Below are positions 10,164-17,910 of a stretch of 64,000 bases of DNA, one piece after another. How positions within the stretch are numbered: the first letter of the stretch is position 1; every line of letters starts with the position of its first letter. The notes beneath the pieces are model-generated. The model saw only the letters and a program-made list of their open reading frames with translations, did no database searches and was not told where the DNA came from. The stretch is from Syntrophobacterales bacterium (lineage in GTDB: Bacteria; Desulfobacterota; BSN033; WVXP01; G020346125), in contig CP070774.1 in NCBI GenBank assembly GCA_020346125.1, forward strand, positions 1,810,489 through 1,874,488, given 5' to 3'. Made by a program: the position numbers and the translations under genes.

Positions 10164-11180
10164 ATGGTCAAAAAACTTCCCCTGGGCAAATTGAACTTCG
10201 ACCTCCTCGAGAGACTATTGGGAAAATATCCCGGAGTCATGGATGAGCGCTTGGTCGTCGGGCCAAGGGTAGGTGAGGATGCGGCGGTCATCGATTTCCC
10301 CGATCGATATCTGGTAGCGAAAACCGACCCCATCACCTATGCCATGGATGAAATCGGCTGGTATGCGGTTCACATCAATGCCAATGATGTTGCCATAAGA
10401 GGGGCAAAGCCGAGGTGGTTTCAGCCAGCCATCCTTCTGCCCGAGGGACGTGCCACGGAAGACGTTGTGGAGGAGATATTTGGCCAAATATCCCGGGCCT
10501 GTCGCGATATGGGGATTACCATCGTGGGGGGACATACGGAAATCTCACCGGGACTTGACCGTCCCATCGTGGTGGGATCTATGTTCGGGGAAGTGGAGAA
10601 GGCAAAGCTGGTAACAACTTCTGGCGCAAGGACGGGGGATAATATCCTTCTCACCAAGGGGATTGTTATCGAGGGAACAGCCATTATTGCCAGGGAAAAG
10701 CGAGAAGATCTCCGAAAAAGGGGATACGATGAGGGATTTCTCCAAAGGTGCATGGACTACCTGTACGAGCCGGGAATTTCGGTGGTCAAGGATGCCCTTT
10801 TAGCCAATCAATTCGAAATTCACTCTATGCATGACCCCACGGAGGGAGGCTTGGCAACGGGTCTATACGAGATGGCCAGGGCCTCAAGGGTTGGCATGCT
10901 CATTTATGGGGATAAGATCGATCTCCTTCCCGATTCCGAAAGGCTCTGTGCCGAATACGGCCTCAATCCCTTGGGAACCATCACATCGGGATCCCTGGTA
11001 TTGGCCGCCGACCCCGAAAATGCCCAAAAGGTATTGGAGGCATACCTCAACGCCGATATAAGGGTTTCAGTAATAGGAAGAATAGAAGAAAAAAGTTTTG
11101 GGATAAAGATCCTCAGAGATGGCAAGATTGGGGATCTCAAATGGTCCGAGAAGGACGAGATCACCAGGATTTTCGAGTAA
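10164..11180 (+). CDS. AIR synthase-related protein (PurM/HypE/ThiL/SelD superfamily)
   Basis: VGEDAAVIDF, AKTDPITY...HINANDVAIRGAKPRWF and GGHTE are hallmarks of the PurM-like N and C domains. It is distinct from the bona fide purM at 32824. Confidence 0.75.
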   Translation: MVKKLPLGKLNFDLLERLLGKYPGVMDERLVVGPRVGEDAAVIDFPDRYLVAKTDPITYAMDEIGWYAVHINANDVAIRGAKPRWFQPAILLPEGRATEDVVEEIFGQISRACRDMGITIVGGHTEISPGLDRPIVVGSMFGEVEKAKLVTTSGARTGDNILLTKGIVIEGTAIIAREKREDLRKRGYDEGFLQRCMDYLYEPGISVVKDALLANQFEIHSMHDPTEGGLATGLYEMARASRVGMLIYGDKIDLLPDSERLCAEYGLNPLGTITSGSLVLAADPENAQKVLEAYLNADIRVSVIGRIEEKSFGIKILRDGKIGDLKWSEKDEITRIFE

Positions 11181-11319
11181 TTTACCGTATTATTTCTGGT
11201 GAAGGCTTCAAATTGAAAGGCAAATCGTTACGGTGAGGATTATTTATTTAAGGTTGAAATATATGCCATTCTAAACCGTCCTGCCCTCATTCATCCATCT
11301 TGAACGCGAAGGAAAAAAA

Positions 11320-11661
11320 TTATGGTTCTTCTCTCGGTTTCCTACCGAAAACGACAATGGTCTCCTTGTCCTCGCTTATTATCGTAGAATCTCCCCGGGT
11401 CTGAGGCACCGCATCCAAGCGCTTCGGTGAACTTCCTTTTATCTTGGCCGATTCTATCTCCCTTCTCATGTGATCCATTGCCCTCTCTATTTCCCTCAAC
11501 CTGCCCTCCACGAAGGCCCTGTGGGAGATTTCTGCCACCTCCAGAAGCCTCTCAAACCGTCTGTAAACCTTATTGCTCTTGGAATCCCAGTAAATATTGG
11601 TCACGATAAATAAAACCACGATCATGGATGTAATGGCGATCACATATCCAAAATGTTCCAT
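11320..11661 (-). CDS. Hypothetical small membrane-anchored protein
   Basis: 113 aa with one N-terminal hydrophobic helix (YVIAITSMIVVLFIVTNIYW) followed by a charged helical region. I recognise no family. Confidence 0.5.
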   Translation of the reverse strand: MEHFGYVIAITSMIVVLFIVTNIYWDSKSNKVYRRFERLLEVAEISHRAFVEGRLREIERAMDHMRREIESAKIKGSSPKRLDAVPQTRGDSTIISEDKETIVVFGRKPREEP

Positions 11662-12109
11662 AGTACCCCCTCTTTTTTTAGAAAAATACTCGAGTAACCC
11701 TTCAAATTGAAAACCTTAATGATAACAATTGTTTTTATACTATATCGTTTGGTAAGTCAAGAAAACAATTTGAGAGACCATGGTTTATCCTCCAGTTTAA
11801 GAACAACTCGATAAGGAAAAATACTGTACCAATGCGAGGAGATAGGGTGAATCGGCGTATATCATTCAAGAAGTCCGGTGGATAATTGGTAAAGCAGATA
11901 AGGTCTGTAGGGAGCATTGCTGGAAAAATGAAGATACTTGTGGGTTCCTCGACTCCAGGTCTCCTTTATAGGCGAGCTTCAGAATTATCGAGAAAAAGGG
12001 TTTGAGAAGCGGAGGACGACTTTTTCAGAGATCTCACAATTGGTTATTGACAAATACGCAAATGATGTTATTACATAATGCTATAAATCGATAAAAAGGA
12101 AGCGAATCG

Positions 12110-12199
12110 AGGGAGGGGGAATCCCGCCTAAGACTCTACCTTATCGTAGCTTTCCGTAGGATTTGGCCTTTATCGGTGAATAATTCCCCCTCCCTTTTT
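12110..12199. other. Long stem-loop abutting the hemY stop codon (possible terminator, sRNA 3' end or MITE-like unit)
   Basis: A perfect 13-bp stem pairs AGGGAGGGGGAAT (12110-12122) with ATTCCCCCTCCCT (12183-12195) and encloses 60 nt. On the plus strand it is followed directly by TTTTT. Confidence 0.5.
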
Positions 12200-13646
12200 A
12201 TATTCGGTTTCCATACTTTTTTAAAAATCTCAAGGCCTTTTCTGCCGTCAGCTTCCCGTCATGGATACAGTCGCTGATACCGATTCCGCGGTAGGCGCAT
12301 CCCGTGAGGTACAGGCCTGGATGGCGGAGAAGCCTCTCCTCCAGGCGGCTCAATATTTCAGCATGTCCAAGCCTGTACTGAGGCATTGACTTATCCCAAC
12401 GATACAGCCGAGTCAGGATTGGATCAGCCGTTATCCCCATAATATCCTTCAACTCCTTCCGGACCATATTGATTATTACATCATCATCCATTTCCAATAA
12501 ATCCTCATTTTGTGCACCTCCCACAAAAGCCCTCAAGAGGAAGGAATCAGGCGGGGACCGATGGGAGAACTTCACCGATGTCCAGGTGGAAGCCATGATC
12601 TTCCGCTTCTCGGCTCGGGGAATGACAAACCCGAACCCATCTAAGGGGTGATGGATCTCAGCCTGGCGATATACCAGCGAGATCGTTGCCGTCGAGACAG
12701 AGGAGATGGAAAATAGTACCTCCGATAGGGTCCAATCCAAGGCCTGGAGAAGCTCCGCCGTGACAGTGACCGGGGTAGCCAAAATAACACAATCAGCCCC
12801 CAGGGTTTCGCCACCCTCACAGTGGACCTCATAGGTGAAATTATTGAGGGAGGCGTTATTACGGGGACGATTTATGCGGATCACTTTTTTATCGGATAGA
12901 AGCGATCGTCCATCCAGCCGTGCCTTGAGGGCATCGGTCAATTCCATCATTCCATCCAAAAGGGTCATAAACATCGTCCGTTTTGGGCCGGAACGCCTTT
13001 GAGCGAATTCCCTGGCCATCCTCCTTCTGGCCAACATCCCTCGTATGAGGCTCCTGTATTCCTCTTCTAACTGGAGAAAACGGGGAAATGTGCTCATGAG
13101 GCTCATGGTCTCGGGGGTGCCGGCATGAATCCCGGCCACCAGGGGCTCGGCAATTTTTTCGAGGGCCTCGGTTCCCAGCCTTCGTCGGACGAATTGGGCT
13201 AGGCTCTCCTCTTTGGCGGATCGTTTCCTGGGGAGAAAAAGGTCCATGGCCATGCGGAACTTCCCCGGAAGGGAGATGAGGGAGCTTTTGAGAAAGGGGG
13301 TGAAACTCGTGGGGATCATGAGCATGAAGCCCTCCGGCAAATCGTGTAGTTTTCCCCCGGATAGGATGAAAACCCGGCGGTTTTCCTCATTTGTGCAGAG
13401 GAGGCGATCGCCCAGGCCGAGGTCCTCACAGAGCTGTATGGCCCATGGCTTTTCGGAGAGAAAACAGTCCGGGCCTCCCTCAATGATGAAGCCGTCCGCC
13501 TTTTCCGTGACGATACATCCGCCGAAACGCTTCCCCTTTTCAATCAGGACCACCTCAATATCGAGTGCTGACCGGGAAAGTTCACGATGGAGGTAATAGG
13601 CTGCGCTGAGCCCCGAGATCCCACCTCCGATAATGACTGCTCGCAT
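12198..13646 (-). CDS. hemY: HemY-type protoporphyrinogen/coproporphyrinogen III oxidase (FAD)
   Basis: MRAVIIGGGISGLSAAYYL dinucleotide fold, with HemY-like length and C-terminus (LYLTGCAYRGIGISDCI). The start is set at ATG 13646, whose A overlaps the hemH TGA (TGATG). Confidence 0.85.
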   Translation of the reverse strand: MRAVIIGGGISGLSAAYYLHRELSRSALDIEVVLIEKGKRFGGCIVTEKADGFIIEGGPDCFLSEKPWAIQLCEDLGLGDRLLCTNEENRRVFILSGGKLHDLPEGFMLMIPTSFTPFLKSSLISLPGKFRMAMDLFLPRKRSAKEESLAQFVRRRLGTEALEKIAEPLVAGIHAGTPETMSLMSTFPRFLQLEEEYRSLIRGMLARRRMAREFAQRRSGPKRTMFMTLLDGMMELTDALKARLDGRSLLSDKKVIRINRPRNNASLNNFTYEVHCEGGETLGADCVILATPVTVTAELLQALDWTLSEVLFSISSVSTATISLVYRQAEIHHPLDGFGFVIPRAEKRKIMASTWTSVKFSHRSPPDSFLLRAFVGGAQNEDLLEMDDDVIINMVRKELKDIMGITADPILTRLYRWDKSMPQYRLGHAEILSRLEERLLRHPGLYLTGCAYRGIGISDCIHDGKLTAEKALRFLKKYGNRI

Positions 13647-14617
13647 CAACTCCCCACCTCCATTTCGTCCCGAGACCTCCATATTGGGTTGGAAAGATGT
13701 CCATGTACAATTGAGAAAAGGGCCTCGATGAACCTATCGCAGTCGTTCAGGCACGGAGATCGTCGGAATACCATCCCCATCGATTCAGCCTGTTGCTTAT
13801 TGAGAATATCGATATCATACAGGGTCTCCACGTTATCGCTCACAAACCCCACTGGCATTATCAGGACCTCCCGATGGCCCGCTCCCATCAGATCTCGTAG
13901 GACAGCGCTCGCCTCCGGACCCAGCCAGTCCCTCCGGTTACTTCCTGCACTCTGGAATGCCAGTCGCCATGGGAGGGAACCAACAATTCCCATGATTCCC
14001 CGGATCGTTTCTTCGATCTGCTCGACGTAGAGATCCCCGGTTATGGCCCTTTTGGGGAGGCTATGGGCGCTGAAGATGATATGGACCCTATGGCGTACCT
14101 CAACGGGGAATTGCAGAAGCCCCTCTTGGATCGTCTCCACCAAGGCTTGGAGGAAAAGGGGGTGGGTGTGCCATCCTTTCACGAGCGAGATCTCTATTTT
14201 TCCCTTCAAAGTGGCCATTGTCCGTCGCAATTCCAGCAGGTATGGTTCGGTACTCAGCTTGGATTGGAAAGGGCTCAGGCTGAGGCCAATCACACGATGT
14301 ATCCCATCATTGAGGATTTCCCTCAGGGTCTCGGCGATAAAGGGGTGCCAATGTCTCATTCCCACATAGACTTTGAACCAAAGATCTTGTGCGTTTAATC
14401 TATTTTCAAGCCCACGTGCCTGTCGAAGCGTGATATCCAGAAGGGGGGAACGCCCCCCAATGAGCCGGTATCGGTCCTTTGCCTCATTAAGCCTCTGGAC
14501 GGAAACCCCTTGCCCCAAGACGTTTTGAAGGAAAGGCTCAACTTCCTCCGCCGAATTGGGTCCGCCAAAAGCCATAAGAAGCACTCCGATGGGAGACTGA
14601 CGCCGAGGCATTAGCAC
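13646..14617 (-). CDS. hemH: Ferrochelatase
   Basis: 323 aa: GVLLMAFGGP, SAHSLP and the overall HemH layout. It is flanked by hemE and hemY. Confidence 0.9.
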   Translation of the reverse strand: MLMPRRQSPIGVLLMAFGGPNSAEEVEPFLQNVLGQGVSVQRLNEAKDRYRLIGGRSPLLDITLRQARGLENRLNAQDLWFKVYVGMRHWHPFIAETLREILNDGIHRVIGLSLSPFQSKLSTEPYLLELRRTMATLKGKIEISLVKGWHTHPLFLQALVETIQEGLLQFPVEVRHRVHIIFSAHSLPKRAITGDLYVEQIEETIRGIMGIVGSLPWRLAFQSAGSNRRDWLGPEASAVLRDLMGAGHREVLIMPVGFVSDNVETLYDIDILNKQQAESMGMVFRRSPCLNDCDRFIEALFSIVHGHLSNPIWRSRDEMEVGS

Positions 14618-15649
14618 CTATCTCCTGCTCAGCCGATGGACGGCTTCCACCATGAAGATGACGTTTTCCACAGGGGTTTCCGGCAGGACTCCATGTCCTA
14701 GGTTGAAGATATGACCGGGACGATTTCCTCCCGATTCCAGGACCTTCTGTACGTGGGCCTCGATCATCTGGTGTGAGGATAAGAGAACCGATGGGTCCAA
14801 GTTTCCTTGGATCCCCACATCATAGCCCAAACGCTCCCATGCCACCTTCAAATCCATACGCCAGTCGATGCCAATCACATCTCCCCCTGCCTCCTTGATA
14901 AGGTGGAGAAAGCCACTGGTTCCCACGGAGAAATGGATAAGGGGAGCCTGCTGCCCCGTTTCCTGGATCAGCCTTTTGGAATAAGGAAGGACATGGTCCT
15001 CGTAGTCCCGGGGACTTAAGCAGCCAGCCCATGAATCAAATAGCTGGAGGGCATGGGCTCCCCTATGGACCTGAGCCCTCAAATATCGGATGGTGACCTC
15101 CGTCAGTTTTTCCATGAGAAGATGCCACCAGGAAGGTTCTCCTAACATCAACCCTTTCGTCTTTGAATAATCCTTTGAATGTCCCCCCTCAATGAGATAG
15201 CTGGCCAAGGTGAAAGGGGCCCCCGAGAATCCGATGAGCGGGACCCTCCCCTCGAGCTCCCGCCGTACGATTTCAATGGCCTTTAAGAAGAAGGAAACGT
15301 GCTCCTCGGGCTCGATGATTCGGAGACGCTCGATATCCTCTCTCTCTTTGATAGGGTTTCGGATCAAAGGACCCTCACCCTCGGCGAATTCCAGATGAAA
15401 TCCCATTCCCTCCAGGGGGAGGAGGATGTCACCGAATATGATGGCGGCATCGACCCCCAGCTTCCGGACAGGAAGGAGGGTAACCTCGGCTGCCAAATCG
15501 GGGGACTTGCATAGGTCGAGAAAGGCCACTTTGCGCCGAATGTCTCGGTATTCCTCCATATATCGCCCGGCCTGGCGCATCAACCACACGGGGGTATATT
15601 CCGTCGGCTCCCTTCGGCAGGCCCTTAAAAAGACGTGATCTTCCCCCAT
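14618..15649 (-). CDS. hemE: Uroporphyrinogen decarboxylase
   Basis: TPVWLMRQAGRYMEEYR, FDSWAG and NLGHGV are canonical HemE motifs. Its stop abuts the hemH start. Confidence 0.95.
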   Translation of the reverse strand: MGEDHVFLRACRREPTEYTPVWLMRQAGRYMEEYRDIRRKVAFLDLCKSPDLAAEVTLLPVRKLGVDAAIIFGDILLPLEGMGFHLEFAEGEGPLIRNPIKEREDIERLRIIEPEEHVSFFLKAIEIVRRELEGRVPLIGFSGAPFTLASYLIEGGHSKDYSKTKGLMLGEPSWWHLLMEKLTEVTIRYLRAQVHRGAHALQLFDSWAGCLSPRDYEDHVLPYSKRLIQETGQQAPLIHFSVGTSGFLHLIKEAGGDVIGIDWRMDLKVAWERLGYDVGIQGNLDPSVLLSSHQMIEAHVQKVLESGGNRPGHIFNLGHGVLPETPVENVIFMVEAVHRLSRR

Positions 15650-15792
15650 GAACTTATCCCCGAAGGTTTCAAAAGCCAGTCATATCAAAGAAAAATATAC
15701 CACGTGCCAAAGGATGGATGTCAACCTCAATCTCCGCAGAAGTTTTGGAGAACACCTTTGTCCATAAGCGTAATGGTCTTATGCTATCCACA

Positions 15793-16012
15793 TGGAATGA
15801 TGGAATGTTGGAGTATTGGAATAGTGGGTATCAAAAGCGTAAAGGCGTTACTTCTGTTTCAGGAGCGCTTCGCTTAAGGATCGCTTCGCTGAGGCACAGG
15901 GCAAGGCACTCTTGGCCTTCAGCCTCAAATCCGCCATAGGTGGATGCTCCTCCAACCTCTATCAGGGTAATACCTATCCATAAATACATCATTCCAGTAT
16001 TCCAATATTCCA
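15793..16012. repeat. Inverted arrays of an 8-bp unit (TGGAATNN) flanking a 140-bp GC-rich core
   Basis: Left array 15793-15832 reads TGGAATGA TGGAATGT TGGAGTAT TGGAATAG TGGGTATC. Right array 15973-16012 reads CCTATCCA TAAATACA TCATTCCA GTATTCCA ATATTCCA, the same unit inverted. The core contains GCTTCGC repeats. Confidence 0.7.
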
Positions 16013-16307
16013 GTTGCGGCAAAGTCCCTGAGTTCCTATGGAACAAGCAGGTTATAAAAATACTTCTTATAAAATTCAGGGAACTTCAGTAATTTCTCCC
16101 TTGACAAGGATTTCCTAAAAATGATTACCATATGACAGTTTTTTTAACTATCGAGAAGAGATAAGGTGGGGTGGTTATGCCCTTGGTGACCTTAGGCGCG
16201 GAAGTTCTGGAAGGCGTTGGTAACTGGAGGACGGACACCGAGAGAAAATTGAATACCAAATCGACCAAGTGCCCCTATTGCAAGCTTATTTTCGAGGAGA
16301 GAGAAGG

Positions 16308-16937
16308 ATGAGGATCGTGCCGGCAATTCTGACCGACAATCCACAGGACCTCAAGCAAATGCTTGTCCAAGCGGAGACATTCACCGATTTCATTCAAATC
16401 GATTTTATGGATGGTTCCTTCGTCCCTTCCAAGAGCATTGTCCCAGAAGATATGGCTGAGATCAAAATGAGGATTGGTTGGGAAGCCCACCTGATGGTCA
16501 AGGACCCCGTCCACTACATTTCCTCTTTAAATAGGGAACGGCTCGAAAGGGTCGTTTTCCATTGGGAGGCTGACCCCCGCCCCGAATCCATCGTTTCGGC
16601 CATCCGTGGTTTTGGATTGTCTGTGGGGCTCGCCATAAACCCAGAGACGGCGCTCTCCCAGTTTGAGGACTTCGTTCCCCAAATCGATTCGGTTCTCTTC
16701 CTATCGGTACATCCTGGTTTTTACGGAAGCTCTTTCGTCGGAGAAGTCCTTGAAAAGATAAGAGAATTTCGCTCCCATTTTCCATCCACTGTCATTGGGA
16801 TTGATGGTGGAATAGCGCTGGACAATATTCAAAGTCTGAAATCATTGGAGATGGATTACGTATGCGTCGGAAGCCGTATCTTTCGCCATGATGACTCCCG
16901 TAAGAGTTACGAGGAATTCGTAAAGGCTATTGGATAA
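16308..16937 (+). CDS. Ribulose-phosphate 3-epimerase family protein (divergent)
   Basis: IDFMDGSFVPS, HLMV, SVHPGFYGSSF and IDGGI follow the Rpe barrel motif order but with substitutions. The start is at ATG 16308 after the SD GAGGAGAGAGAAGG. Confidence 0.7.
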   Translation: MRIVPAILTDNPQDLKQMLVQAETFTDFIQIDFMDGSFVPSKSIVPEDMAEIKMRIGWEAHLMVKDPVHYISSLNRERLERVVFHWEADPRPESIVSAIRGFGLSVGLAINPETALSQFEDFVPQIDSVLFLSVHPGFYGSSFVGEVLEKIREFRSHFPSTVIGIDGGIALDNIQSLKSLEMDYVCVGSRIFRHDDSRKSYEEFVKAIG

Positions 16938-17088
16938 TGTCACCTCGAAAAATCCTCACCCAACAGCCATCCGCTCATGCTCATTCTGCCCCTTCCCTCA
17001 GGAGGAAGATCGCATCATTTTGAAGTATAATTTGATGAAGTGGGCTGAAAAGCAACTTCCCATCAAGAGGAAAGGAGGATGCTATCCG

Positions 17089-17910
17089 ATGTTTAAGGGT
17101 GCCGACAAGGTTTTAAACCAAACGGGGGATGCCCATTTGGAGAAAGCCGCCGAGGATTTATCGGCCTCATTGAGAGAAGCCATCGGAGATCTCCAGGCCC
17201 AATTTTTCGACCTGGAGGCGGGTCATGTGAATTACCGGGCCATGAAGGGATCGCCGGAATACGAGGCCTATCTTCAAAAAACGGGCCTCCTGAGGAATTT
17301 CGATTTAGGCCAACTCAAAGAACGGCATGAGAAACTGGCCTTCTGGATCAACCTCTATAACACCATGGTGATTCACGGGGTGATTGATTGGGATATCCGA
17401 GAAAGCGTCAAGGAAAGGAATGGGTTTTTTACGCGCCTGAAGTATGATATCGGCGGTTATCTGTTTTCCTTGAATGACATAGAGCACGGGATTCTCAGGG
17501 GTAATTCGAGGCCGCCTCACGGAGTCTTCAGGCCTTTTGGGCAAGCTGACCCGCGTTTTGCATTCATCGTCGCACCCATGGATCCCCGTATCCATTTCAC
17601 CCTGGTTTGTGGTTCCAGATCATGCCCGCCCATTGGATTTTATACATCGGAGCGGATTGAGGAACAGTTAGAATTGGCAGCGGCTAGCTTTGTCAATAGC
17701 CCAGAAGTGGAGATTATCTTCTCCAAGAACTTATTGAGCACTTCCCAGATATTCCGGTGGTACCGTAAGGACTTCGGGGGGAACCGGAGGGCGATTATTC
17801 AGTTTCTCCTGAGGTACCTTGATGCGGGCGAGAAGAAGGATTTCTTGGAGAGTCATAAAGATTCGGTAATTGTCCGATACCGGGAGTACGATTGGAGCTT
17901 GAATCATTGA
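17089..17910 (+). CDS. DUF547 domain protein
   Basis: LAFWINLYNTMVIHGVI, IHFTLVCGSRSCPPI and FRWYRKDFGG are typical DUF547 blocks. The start is chosen at ATG 17089, 9 nt after AAAGGAGGA. The track ORF begins at 16930. Confidence 0.75.
   Translation: MFKGADKVLNQTGDAHLEKAAEDLSASLREAIGDLQAQFFDLEAGHVNYRAMKGSPEYEAYLQKTGLLRNFDLGQLKERHEKLAFWINLYNTMVIHGVIDWDIRESVKERNGFFTRLKYDIGGYLFSLNDIEHGILRGNSRPPHGVFRPFGQADPRFAFIVAPMDPRIHFTLVCGSRSCPPIGFYTSERIEEQLELAAASFVNSPEVEIIFSKNLLSTSQIFRWYRKDFGGNRRAIIQFLLRYLDAGEKKDFLESHKDSVIVRYREYDWSLNH

Noticed and set aside
11206-11712. 13-bp direct repeat CTTCAAATTGAAA at 11206-11218 and 11700-11712 flanking the hypothetical gene 11320..11661 (possible target-site duplication or paired operator)
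   Set aside because: As a rough expectation, about 3e7 position pairs lie within 500 bp in this window against 4^13 possible 13-mers. That gives about 0.5 such matches by chance, and more in AT-rich DNA. No further terminal structure is present.
15635-16046. Track ORFs with EYWN/WNSG-type peptides on both strands of the hemE-epimerase spacer
   Set aside because: They are artefacts of translating the 8-bp TGGAATNN arrays. The period is not a multiple of three and no SD is present.
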